From Bacteroidota bacterium (GTDB lineage: Bacteria > Bacteroidota > Ignavibacteria > UBA10030), in contig JACVXU010000013.1 of the NCBI GenBank assembly GCA_015661185.1, forward strand, positions 1-59,955: a stretch of 59,955 bases of DNA, written 5' to 3'. The notes under the pieces were generated by a model. The model was not told where the DNA came from. It did not search any database and saw only the letters and a list, made by a program, of their open reading frames with translations. Within the stretch, counting starts at the first letter, position 1; each line of letters starts with the position of its first letter. The position numbers were made by a program, and so were the translations under genes. Below, piece after piece: positions 10,072-19,119 of the stretch.

Positions 10072-10698
10072 CTAGTCAAATCCTGTTGGTTTGTCAAAGA
10101 CGTGGAATTCTTTTCTTGATGCGTCGGTCAAGGCTCCCTCGAAGAGAACCTTGAAAATACTCTGCGCCGCTTCCTGCGCTGAGAACGAGTGCTTCGTGAG
10201 GACTTCCGGGTTCATGACTCCTTGAATAGAGCTCACGAGCATTCGTATCAACACTTGTTCATTGACTTCAGCACGAAGAATATTTTCATTTCGTGCCTGA
10301 ACAATCATGGCAACCAATCGACTCACGATGTGTTCCTCGCGAAATTTGTCGAGCTCCTTCCAGATTGAGGGTGCAAAGCGTTGGATATCGATGAGCCCTT
10401 CCCTTCCAAACCTGTTGATGTACTTCCCCATCGTCATCATTGCAGTTGCCAGCTTTTCGGCAAAAGGCTTGTCTGAAGAAATGATGCGCTCCAGCTCCCA
10501 CCCAGCGGAGCGCATCGCAGCATGCAAGGAAGCTCGCAGAAGCTCTTCCTTGCTCGGATAAAACTTGTAAAGGGTTTTTTTACTGATGCCAAGATGCAAA
10601 GAGATTTCATCGAGCGTGACCTTGCTGAATCCTCGGGCGAGGAACTCATTGCGCGCATGCTCCAGAACTCTCTCCCGTAGATCAAGGTCGCTTGGCAT
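10072..10698 (-). CDS. TetR/AcrR family transcriptional regulator
   Basis: HTH GFSKVTLDEISLHLGISKKTLYKFYPSKEEL; first gene of the efflux operon. Confidence 0.95.
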   Translation of the reverse strand: MPSDLDLRERVLEHARNEFLARGFSKVTLDEISLHLGISKKTLYKFYPSKEELLRASLHAAMRSAGWELERIISSDKPFAEKLATAMMTMGKYINRFGREGLIDIQRFAPSIWKELDKFREEHIVSRLVAMIVQARNENILRAEVNEQVLIRMLVSSIQGVMNPEVLTKHSFSAQEAAQSIFKVLFEGALTDASRKEFHVFDKPTGFD

Positions 10699-10716
10699 CG
10701 TGTTGTTCAGCCTTAA

Positions 10717-10819
10717 AGATACTACAATGGTATCTATAGTTTCTAGCAGCCCATTATGCTATACATAGAAGGACATAATGGTATATACAATTAGTGATGA
10801 CCGACACTATGTTGGTGTC
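10717..10819. promoter_or_regulatory. Candidate TetR operators
   Basis: AGATAC-N7-GTATCT at 10717-10735 and GACAC-N7-GTGTC at 10803-10819; same spacing, both between the promoter and the tetR start. Confidence 0.55.
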
Positions 10820-10829
10820 TCTGGTATCT

Positions 10830-10858
10830 AATGTAGTATTCCTCTTTGATCTTGTCAA
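10830..10858 (-). promoter_or_regulatory. sigma70-type promoter of the tetR-efflux operon
   Basis: TTGACA (10858-10853), 17 bp, TACATT (10835-10830). Confidence 0.7.
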
Positions 10859-11075
10859 GCGAAATCTTGTATCGAGGGGGATGTCTGTCCAGATTCATCT
10901 CACTCTCAGGAACACCGCTCGTCCAAAAAGAATCAACCCACATTTCTTGGAGCCCCGGAAGCGCCGCGGTGAATCCCACCTCAAGAAACGCTTGAATTTG
11001 ACCCACTTGATTGTATTTGCGACAGCAGTCGCATCATGAGACATGAGTGGAACGCTGCAGGACCTCCCCTACTCC

Positions 11076-11103
11076 AACCCGGCGACGATGTGGTCGCTGG
11101 GTT
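11076..11103. repeat. REP-like hairpin
   Basis: AACCCGGCGAC / GTCGCTGGGTT 11-bp arms (one G-U), 6-nt loop, intergenic. Confidence 0.45.
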
Positions 11104-11209
11104 TTCGGCTCATCGCCGATTAGACTAAATAGAGCCAGGGTTGGTGGTGTGAATTACGATGCAGAGCGGAGAACAATGCGGGTATAGAGTTATTCTGCGG
11201 GACGCAGTC

Positions 11210-11815
11210 TTATGGCTTCTTCGGCGCAAGTGCGTGGAGTGCTTTAATCCCCTCGCTACCAAGAACAAACTCAAACTCCCACGAACACACCTCAAGCACC
11301 GAGTGAGAACCTCCAGGGGTCAAGCTGCAGCATTCAGGGCGGTTTGTGAAGTCAGGGTCGTCGATCATCAGGACTCCGGAGTCGATGGTTACCGGAAACG
11401 CAAAGCAGAAGAATGGCTTCAGCGCGTCCTTGGGCAGACCCTCTTCCTCTGCGGCGGTTTGGAGTACGCACCGACCGTCACGCTTAAGGAAGACACAACC
11501 TCGTTCCGTCGTTTGCGTGCCAACCCCCCTACCTGACGGATAGTCACCATCAAGATCCTCCTCGCTATCGAACCACTGGCCGGAATCATGGACCTGGTCA
11601 GGCTCCATATGCCGATGCACGAGGTCAGCGTGTCGAAGGATGTTGTCCCGCTCCTCGACATCCAACATCACTCCCCCCTGACAACACGAAGCGTCGCAGT
11701 TTTGCATGGAACAGCCGTGGATGAATGTTGCTTCGAAAATGGCAGGATCGACTTTGAGGACCGGAATATGTGTCAGTTTGTGGTTTCTGAGTTCCAGGTA
11801 TTGTCGATCTGTCAT
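11210..11815 (-). CDS. DUF3109-like cysteine-cluster protein
   Basis: CxxxxCxxxCC, GCVFL...GRCVLQ, LKPFFCFAFP pattern of the DUF3109/YkgJ-like Cys-rich proteins. Confidence 0.65.
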   Translation of the reverse strand: MTDRQYLELRNHKLTHIPVLKVDPAIFEATFIHGCSMQNCDASCCQGGVMLDVEERDNILRHADLVHRHMEPDQVHDSGQWFDSEEDLDGDYPSGRGVGTQTTERGCVFLKRDGRCVLQTAAEEEGLPKDALKPFFCFAFPVTIDSGVLMIDDPDFTNRPECCSLTPGGSHSVLEVCSWEFEFVLGSEGIKALHALAPKKP

Positions 11816-11883
11816 GAAGCCTCGGATGAAGGTTTCTGTGGATGTGCTTTCGATTCGATTGGGTTTGTTGCAGTGCGGTGCGG

Positions 11884-14493
11884 CTACTTTTGTTCTATCT
11901 GTTTCTTCAAGTCAGCAAGTTTTTGTAGCGCGTCCATCGGAGTCATGTTTTCAACATCGAGCTTGCGAATATCTTCCCGAAGCCGGTCGTCTTTCACCTC
12001 GAACAACGTCATCTGAATGTCGGGGGGAGGGATCCGGCCCTTGAGTTGCCTGCCGCTCGAGTACACATTGAGCTCTGATTCCTCAAGGTTCTTCAGGATT
12101 TTCTTCGCCCTCTCCGTGACCTCCTCGGGTAGACCTGCCATTTGTGCGACCTGAATTCCGTACGAGTGATCGGCAAAACCGGGCAGAACTTTATGTAGAA
12201 AGATCACTTTGTCGCTATATTCCCGCACATCGACTTTGTAGTTCTTGATCCGCGGGAAAAGGTCTGCCAGCTCATTCAGTTCGTGGTAATGGGTGGCAAA
12301 AAGAGTCTTCGCGCCAATACGAGAGTGAAGATACTCGGTCAGCGCCCAAGCTATGCTGATCCCATCAAACGTGCTCGTTCCGCGGCCCACTTCATCGAGC
12401 AGGATCAGGCTTCGGTTTGTCGATGTGTTAACGATCGTTGCTGCTTCATGCATCTCAACCAGGAACGTGCTCTCTCCGGAAGCGATATTGTCGCTCGCAC
12501 CTACGCGGGTGTAGATCCGGTCTACAAGTCCAATTCGTGCCTCCGCAGCTGGGACGAAACTTCCGACCTGAGTCAGGAGGACGATCAATCCTACCTGACG
12601 CAGATAGCTCGATTTGCCGCTCATGTTCGGCCCAGTGATGATCAGGATCTGGTCCGATTCCGTGTCCATCAATGTGCTATTCGCAGTGTAACGTTCGCCC
12701 GGCGGCAGTAACCGCTCGATGACCGGATGTCGCCCATCCTTGATCTCAAGCCGCGTGGAATTGTCGACATCCGGACAGATGTAATTGCTCTCGACAGCCA
12801 CATCGGCAAGCGACACAAAGCAGTCATACGTTGCAAGAATCCGAGCGTTTTCCAGGATGTCGGCTGAATACTCAGCGATTGCAACGCGCACTTCATTGAA
12901 AATCCGGGTTTCGAGGGCCAGGATCTTTTCTTCGGCGTGAAGGACCTTTTCCTCATACTCCTTCAGTTCGGGCGTGACGTAGCGTTCGGCATTTGTCAGC
13001 GTCTGCTTCCTGATGTAGTCACCCGGCACCTTGTCCTTGTGCGTGTTCGTGATCTCGATGTAGTATCCGAACACATTGTTGTAGCCGACTTTGAGCGACG
13101 GAATTCCGGTACGCTGACGCTCCTGTGCCTGGAGCTTCGCGATCCAGTCTTTTCCACTGAACGCCACTGTCCGCAGATCGTCCAGCTCCTGATTGTAACC
13201 CTTCCTGATGACTCCCCCCTCAACCATGGAAAGGGGTGGATCATCTTCGATCGCGTCGTGGAGCAGTTTGACCAGCTGATCGAGCGTGTTCAACCGCCCG
13301 TGCATCTCCTTGAGCGTCGTCGCATTCAAAACACAAACATGGGTCTTCACTGACGGGATGAAGGAGAGTGAACGCTCGAGCTGCTTCAATTCTCTCGGAT
13401 TCGCCCTTCCCGTGGCAATCCTCGCCACAAGTCGTTCGAGATCACCAACCTGCCCCAACACTTCGCGAAGATCGCGCCTTGCTGTATCGTTTCCGAAAAA
13501 CTCCTTCACCGCGTCCAACCGCTGTTGGATGGGGTCAAGTTTCTTCAGCGGACGATTGACCCATGCTTTGAGCATTCGCCCCCCCATCGCGGTCTGCGTC
13601 CGATCAAGGACGGCAAACAACGTACCATCCGATTGGCCCGACAACGAAGCCGTGATCTCGAGGTTCCGTTTCGTCGAAGCATCCAGTACCATGTAGTCGC
13701 TGGTATCAAAGGGAGTAACCCTCTTGATGTGCGGGAGATTGGCTTTCTGTGTTTCTTGCAGATAGTGCATTACTGCACCGGAAGCAACGATTCCGGTCTT
13801 CAGATGCTCGACGCCGAAACCCTTGAGAGACTGCGTCTTGAAATGATTGACGAGGATCTCGTAGCAATAGTCGCCGTTGAAGACCCAATCATCGACTTTG
13901 GTGTAGAGCCCCCGGAATTTTTCTCGCAGGAGGCTCCCTACGGTCTCAAGATCGCGTTTCTGGACGAGAAGCTCGGAGGGTTGCAGGACATGAATCTGGT
14001 CGGGCAGATTCCTGAGGGGGAACTCCGTTACCCCGAACTCTGCAGTCGACACGTCGATAAACGCGAAGCCGATCATCTCGTCTCCCTGCGTGAGTGGTGA
14101 CGGGAGGGCGACGGCGGCCAGGTAGTTGTTCTGTTTCTGCTGAAGAACCTTGTCTGAAAACGCGACGCCGGGGGTCACTACCTCGATGACATCGCGCTTT
14201 ACAATTCCCACCGCGAACTTAGGATCTTCCAGCTGCTCGCAAATCGCAACCCTGTGACCGGCCTTCACGAGTCTCGGGAGGTACGTGTCGAGGGCGTGAT
14301 GAGGGAAACCGGCAAGAGGCACCTCCCCGGCGGCGCCGCTCCCGCGCTTGGTGAGCGTTATACCCAGCACCTTCGCAGCTGTCTTCGCATCTTCTTCAAA
14401 GGTCTCGTAGAAATCACCCATTCGAAACAAGAGAATAGTGTCAGGGTGCTTCGCCTTGACCTGTTGATATTGTTTCATCAAAGGGGTGGACAT
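11884..14493 (-). CDS. mutS: DNA mismatch repair protein MutS
   Basis: TPLMKQY, FRMGDFYE, ITGPNMSGKS, GESTF, LDEVGRGTST, FATHYHEL, SYGIQVA. Confidence 0.98.
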   Translation of the reverse strand: MSTPLMKQYQQVKAKHPDTILLFRMGDFYETFEEDAKTAAKVLGITLTKRGSGAAGEVPLAGFPHHALDTYLPRLVKAGHRVAICEQLEDPKFAVGIVKRDVIEVVTPGVAFSDKVLQQKQNNYLAAVALPSPLTQGDEMIGFAFIDVSTAEFGVTEFPLRNLPDQIHVLQPSELLVQKRDLETVGSLLREKFRGLYTKVDDWVFNGDYCYEILVNHFKTQSLKGFGVEHLKTGIVASGAVMHYLQETQKANLPHIKRVTPFDTSDYMVLDASTKRNLEITASLSGQSDGTLFAVLDRTQTAMGGRMLKAWVNRPLKKLDPIQQRLDAVKEFFGNDTARRDLREVLGQVGDLERLVARIATGRANPRELKQLERSLSFIPSVKTHVCVLNATTLKEMHGRLNTLDQLVKLLHDAIEDDPPLSMVEGGVIRKGYNQELDDLRTVAFSGKDWIAKLQAQERQRTGIPSLKVGYNNVFGYYIEITNTHKDKVPGDYIRKQTLTNAERYVTPELKEYEEKVLHAEEKILALETRIFNEVRVAIAEYSADILENARILATYDCFVSLADVAVESNYICPDVDNSTRLEIKDGRHPVIERLLPPGERYTANSTLMDTESDQILIITGPNMSGKSSYLRQVGLIVLLTQVGSFVPAAEARIGLVDRIYTRVGASDNIASGESTFLVEMHEAATIVNTSTNRSLILLDEVGRGTSTFDGISIAWALTEYLHSRIGAKTLFATHYHELNELADLFPRIKNYKVDVREYSDKVIFLHKVLPGFADHSYGIQVAQMAGLPEEVTERAKKILKNLEESELNVYSSGRQLKGRIPPPDIQMTLFEVKDDRLREDIRKLDVENMTPMDALQKLADLKKQIEQK

Positions 14494-14520
14494 GTCCGAT
14501 TTCGGGAAAGAGAGGAATCA

Positions 14521-14718
14521 CTACCCCTCAAACTCCGCCTCTATAGAGATTTCGCCGCTCAGCTCGTCAGCCCTAACACGCAGAACATTCGGCCGGCAAC
14601 AGACTGCACAGTCTTCCACGTACGATTGTCGGGAACCTGCCAAAAGATCGACAAAAGTCTCATTTTCTTGGCCACAAACGGCACAGCGATACGTGCCGGA
14701 ACGCTCCTCGTTCATCAT
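14521..14718 (-). CDS. CPXCG-type cysteine-rich zinc-ribbon protein
   Basis: 65 aa; CAVCG...QSYVEDCAVCCRP pattern. Confidence 0.85.
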   Translation of the reverse strand: MMNEERSGTYRCAVCGQENETFVDLLAGSRQSYVEDCAVCCRPNVLRVRADELSGEISIEAEFEG

Positions 14719-14850
14719 TCGTTCAAAAGATACAGAAACTTCGAGACCGAGACAACCGCCATTATTGGCATTTCGGGTTTTCGTCAATGTTGTAATTTCA
14801 TCAAACTTTCGGTAGGTTCTGCGCACACTTACTGCGGGAAGATCTTGTCA

Positions 14851-15729
14851 ATGGGATTCTATCCTCAACCCAATCTGTGGCAATGCGGACCGTTTGCCCT
14901 GAAGCATGCCCTTGTTATGCTTGGCATACTGGCTGATGAAAACAAGATCACCGAAATTGCCGGCACTCGCTGGTGGTACGGTTCCGATGAATTCCAGCTT
15001 GCCAAAGCAGCGCATCGTTTCGACTGTGACCTCAGGTTCATCCGGCGCTTCGAACCGGAGAAGGCCCGCCAGGAGCTCATATCATATCTCCGCCGCGGAA
15101 TTCCGGTTTTGCTGTGCGTGCAGGAATGGAGTCACTGGGTAACGGCCGTCAAGGAAGAAAAAGGAAAGTTCATCATTCTTGATAGCGAGAAGAAAGAGGT
15201 TCTCTCGATTCTCTCCTGGCGCGACCTGAGGGAAACATGGATTCATCGCGAACGGGACGACCGTGACAAGACAGCCATTCAGACGATTCTTGATTTTCAT
15301 CCAGTCATTCCACGCTTTCGGGTCAGAACGAAGGCACGGTTTTCCGTTGCAAGGGCGCGATACCTTCTCAAACCGAGCAACCGTGGTTTCTCCAGATTGT
15401 GGAATGAGTATCTGGGTGATCTTCTCAACCTCTGCAGACCACACACGCCACGTAGCCAGAACTTCATCTCGCTTGGGGAATTCCTGCGCCGACATGAAGC
15501 GATGATCGTCGACCAAGTTGACCTCTGGCATGGCTGGATCGAGAGATCGCAGGCGAAGCGCATTCTCAACCATCTGCATTTCGTTGCTGACACCTATGGA
15601 CTGGTACTTCCGAGCCAGGACGAAAAGCGTGGCATCGCAGGCATCACGGCGATCCTAACGCTCTGGGCAGCCAGCGAGTATGGCGTACTTCCGGTGTACC
15701 AGGCTCCGCCCAAGATGAAACGGCGCTAG
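14851..15729 (+). CDS. C39-like cysteine peptidase with unknown C-terminal domain
   Basis: Start at ATG 14851; QPNLWQCGPFAL (Q, catalytic C), WSHWV (H), IILDS (D); 292 aa. Confidence 0.65.
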   Translation: MGFYPQPNLWQCGPFALKHALVMLGILADENKITEIAGTRWWYGSDEFQLAKAAHRFDCDLRFIRRFEPEKARQELISYLRRGIPVLLCVQEWSHWVTAVKEEKGKFIILDSEKKEVLSILSWRDLRETWIHRERDDRDKTAIQTILDFHPVIPRFRVRTKARFSVARARYLLKPSNRGFSRLWNEYLGDLLNLCRPHTPRSQNFISLGEFLRRHEAMIVDQVDLWHGWIERSQAKRILNHLHFVADTYGLVLPSQDEKRGIAGITAILTLWAASEYGVLPVYQAPPKMKRR

Positions 15730-15784
15730 CCGATCCAATATCGCACACACCGTACGCCACCACCGATACTCCAGCTTCTTTCAA

Positions 15785-15852
15785 TTTGGCCTTGATCTTG
15801 GCCATGAGTTCCTCATTCATGGAATGATCAAACTTCCAAGTTCAAGGCCAAA
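15785..15852. repeat. Long imperfect inverted repeat (68 bp)
   Basis: TTTGGCCTTGA/TCAAGGCCAAA outer arms with nested CTTGG/CCAAG and TCATTC/GAATGA. Confidence 0.7.
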
Positions 15853-15909
15853 CCGGAATAGTCTCTTTTTCCCTTGCAGACGCTCTGGATCGTCGGTATC
15901 TTGCTCCCA

Positions 15910-16650
15910 ATGCTACTTTCGATCATCATACCGGCCTTCGATGAGGAGAAAAAACTTTCGCTCGACATGCAAGCTGCTGCAACATTTCTCTCGAGAAATC
16001 AGATAACAGGAGAAGTAATCATTGTCGACGATGGAAGCTCTGATCGAACAGCTGCGCTCGCTCAGGAGGCGTCCCTCTCTCCGGGTATTCCACGAATCGT
16101 CATTCAAAACCGCCCTCATCGGGGAAAAGGACATGCCATTCGAACCGGCATCCTGGCTTCCCATGGTGAGTATGTGATGTTCGCCGACAGTGGATTGACG
16201 ATCCCCTTTGAGCACATATTGAAGGGATTGCGATTACTTCAACAAGGTGCATGTGATCTGGCCCTTGGATCGAGAAGACTCCCCGGAAGCATCATCCGGA
16301 GAGAACAAGATTGGGATCGGAAAATCATTTCGCACCTTTTTCACAACTTGATGGTTCGATGGATGCATGTTCCTTCTCATCTTACCGACACACAATGTGG
16401 GTTCAAAATCTATCGGGGAGAACTCGCACGAACACTGTATGCCGAGTGCATCACGGAAGGGTTTATGTTCGACATCGAAATCATTCTCCGTGCAGGGAAC
16501 CACGGATATCGGATTATGGAATTCCCTGTCGAATGGACATGTGATCGAGATAGCCGGATCAGCGTCCGGCGAAGTACCCATCAGATCCTGAAAGAGATTC
16601 TGCTGATCCGTCGAGTTCTCTTCAAGTCGAAATCCCGGGACCACACCTAA
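15910..16650 (+). CDS. GT2 glycosyltransferase, polyprenol-phosphate glucose/mannose synthase-like
   Basis: LSIIIPAFDEE, IVDDGSSD, RGKGHAIRTG, MFADSG, DTQCGFK, FDIEII. Confidence 0.9.
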   Translation: MLLSIIIPAFDEEKKLSLDMQAAATFLSRNQITGEVIIVDDGSSDRTAALAQEASLSPGIPRIVIQNRPHRGKGHAIRTGILASHGEYVMFADSGLTIPFEHILKGLRLLQQGACDLALGSRRLPGSIIRREQDWDRKIISHLFHNLMVRWMHVPSHLTDTQCGFKIYRGELARTLYAECITEGFMFDIEIILRAGNHGYRIMEFPVEWTCDRDSRISVRRSTHQILKEILLIRRVLFKSKSRDHT

Positions 16651-17554
16651 GAACCGATGCAGGTTTCCCTTCCTCCCCCTCCTCAAACACAATAGCCCAC
16701 ATCTTCTCCTGACTCGAAATGTATCTCTGGATCTCTGTCGGGGTCATCACCATACATGCTGTCGAGATCGCATCGCTTTTTGCAGCTGCGTCTGAACAAA
16801 CCCAGGCAGCCCGCAGCCGGTCCACAGGTTCACCGGTTCGCGGGTCCGCGATGTGTAACCATTTTCTTGTCCCCGACCCGCCAAGGCCTTGGTCCTTCAG
16901 AATAACTTTCTGAATTACCTCCGTGAATTCTCCCGGGGAACTCAAGGTTGTTGACCATCCCCTCTCGCCAGCATGATCGCCGAATGCAAAGGCAGAGCTC
17001 ATTCCACCATGCACAAGTGCCGAACTCACTCCCCATTCCTTCAGTAGTTCCACTCCCCGATCAACGGCATATCCTTTTCCAATTGCACCCAGATCGACAA
17101 GTGGTACGAAGTCACCGACACCAACCGACAGACTCGCCTCGTCCAACTCGAGCAGATGCATTCCGCTCTGTTCCTTTGCACGCTCACGTTCACCGGAGGA
17201 ACCAGCAACACTCGTTCTCCCCTTCCAACCATCCACCATTCTTCCAATCGCAACATCGAACGCTCCCTCAGTCTCTTTCCAATACTCCAAGCTGAGTGAG
17301 AGACATTGAAATGCATCGAAACTGACACGGATCTTCCCATGCGGGGGCAGATTATTGATCCTTGCAATGTCGCTGTTCGGGAGATACCTGCTGAGCTCTA
17401 GTTCGAGTCGATCAATCTCCTGAAACGCAGCAAATGCTGCGCTGTGTGAAAAGTGAAGATCTTCATCCGCGATTAGGATTTCAAAGATCGTTGCCATCGC
17501 CCGGTGTTCAAACCGATGGATATTCTCTTTCCTTGTATCTATCGTATCAGTCAC
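16622..17554 (-). CDS. apbE: FAD:protein FMN transferase (ApbE family), no signal peptide
   Basis: AMATIF, LSRYLPNSDIARIN, GAFD, DLGAIGKGYAVD, HIADPRTG, SDAISTA; GTG start overlapping the upstream TGA. Confidence 0.9.
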   Translation of the reverse strand: MTDTIDTRKENIHRFEHRAMATIFEILIADEDLHFSHSAAFAAFQEIDRLELELSRYLPNSDIARINNLPPHGKIRVSFDAFQCLSLSLEYWKETEGAFDVAIGRMVDGWKGRTSVAGSSGERERAKEQSGMHLLELDEASLSVGVGDFVPLVDLGAIGKGYAVDRGVELLKEWGVSSALVHGGMSSAFAFGDHAGERGWSTTLSSPGEFTEVIQKVILKDQGLGGSGTRKWLHIADPRTGEPVDRLRAAWVCSDAAAKSDAISTACMVMTPTEIQRYISSQEKMWAIVFEEGEEGKPASVLRCGPGIST

Positions 17555-19119
17555 TTTGAAGGATCCTTTTGGATCTTTTCCCAAAGATCGAATGTGATAT
17601 AGCCGCGTATCTCTTTTCCCGGCCGCAGAATCACAGGATTGGCAAACAAGGGAACATAGAGGATTCGGTGACCGGGTGATTGTTCTTCATACAGTTTTGT
17701 CAGGAGAGTATTCTCAACTTCGGGTGATGCGAGTATTACGCGGGTTGGCGAAAAATCTTTTTCAACATTCCCCCACCACCCGACATGCTTCAAAGAACGA
17801 AGATACCAGGGAAGCGGCCAGTAGTCATCACCCGGATAGACAACCTGCACAGGCATCGATGATCCTTGCTCCGAATGTCGTGCAGCATTCTCCACCATTG
17901 CCGCGACATGCTGGACATCTTTTGTTGGATGAGCATAGACATAGGGATTTCCAGGGTCATCGCAGTACTTGAAATTTGAGAGTGAAGCCTGCCACGCGAG
18001 GTGGCCGATGATAAGGAGAACAATGGCGAAACCGACATGGCGCCATTGTTGTTCCCGAAACCACTCGAGAAACGCTACAACAGCGCAGGCCGCCATCACG
18101 ATGAAGGCCTGCCATGCACCTACTATTAACCATGGAGTCTTGTAAGGGATTGCGGATGAGACGATGAACATGAAAAGACCATACAATCCCACAAAAAGTT
18201 TGAAGTCCCTCGCGCTCCGATCTGTTTCCGTTTTGTCTTTCAAGGCACTCCATATTCCGACAAGACCGAAGACAAGGATTGCGATCTCCGTCCACACCGG
18301 TCCTTCACTCCCTCTTGACCACGTGAGGAGTTTCAAGAAGTAGTACCAGGGGTGATCATGTCTTCCGCTTTCGCCCGCTCGTTGGAAATAGGTCTGATAA
18401 GCAAGCAGGGAATCTACAACACCATTCCAATTTGTGGTGAAGGATGAAAAGAAAAGAATGGCTGTGAGAGAGGCGGCGAGGATTACTACTCCCAAATTCT
18501 TGAGCGAAAGAGAATACTGTCTCTCCCCCTTTTGCCGGTGAAGGAGAATAACAACCAGTAGAGATAATCCCATACACCCGGCAGAAATGAGCCATGTCTC
18601 CTTCGTCGCATACATCAATCCGGCCTGAACACCTGCCAGAGCCGCCCAGATCGATTTTCCACTGAGGAGCAGCCGATAGATTGAAACGATGAAACCAAAG
18701 GTAAAACAAACCAGCAACATTTCCTGGATATAGTAGCGGCTGTAGAACACCGTCATAGGCGAGCAAGCAGTGAGAAGTGCTGCCCATGCAGTGGCTTGCC
18801 TCCCGAGACCTTTGATGAGAAAAAGAAGTAGGATGACAGAAAAACCACAGAGTGCCGGGACTATGCGTAGAGTTGTTTCTGTTACTTCGGTAAGATTGTT
18901 CTTTGACGAGAGCCAGGCTGGTATCAGTGTCAGATAATTCAGGGTAGGTCCGTGATACTCCTTCTTGTCGTAGTGATACGTGCCATGTTCAAGGAGCTCA
19001 CCGAACTTGACGGCGTGAACAGCTTCATCAGTATGCATCGGGCGAAGGTCGAGCGATAACAGGCGCAGGAGCGCACCTGCTATCAGCGCAACAACAACAA
19101 TCCACCCTTCCCATTTCAT
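17551..19119 (-). CDS. TIGR03663-family GT-C/PMT-like multi-TM glycosyltransferase
   Basis: LRPMHTDEAVH (DE), EYHGPTL (HGP), FYSRYYIQE, ATKET, YKTPW; about 11-13 hydrophobic segments. Confidence 0.8.
   Translation of the reverse strand: MKWEGWIVVVALIAGALLRLLSLDLRPMHTDEAVHAVKFGELLEHGTYHYDKKEYHGPTLNYLTLIPAWLSSKNNLTEVTETTLRIVPALCGFSVILLLFLIKGLGRQATAWAALLTACSPMTVFYSRYYIQEMLLVCFTFGFIVSIYRLLLSGKSIWAALAGVQAGLMYATKETWLISAGCMGLSLLVVILLHRQKGERQYSLSLKNLGVVILAASLTAILFFSSFTTNWNGVVDSLLAYQTYFQRAGESGRHDHPWYYFLKLLTWSRGSEGPVWTEIAILVFGLVGIWSALKDKTETDRSARDFKLFVGLYGLFMFIVSSAIPYKTPWLIVGAWQAFIVMAACAVVAFLEWFREQQWRHVGFAIVLLIIGHLAWQASLSNFKYCDDPGNPYVYAHPTKDVQHVAAMVENAARHSEQGSSMPVQVVYPGDDYWPLPWYLRSLKHVGWWGNVEKDFSPTRVILASPEVENTLLTKLYEEQSPGHRILYVPLFANPVILRPGKEIRGYITFDLWEKIQKDPSK

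Noticed and set aside
14254..14850. 199-aa N-terminal extension of the 491-aa ORF
   Set aside because: Overlaps mutS and the CPXCG gene on the opposite strand; the peptidase-like sequence begins at ATG 14851.
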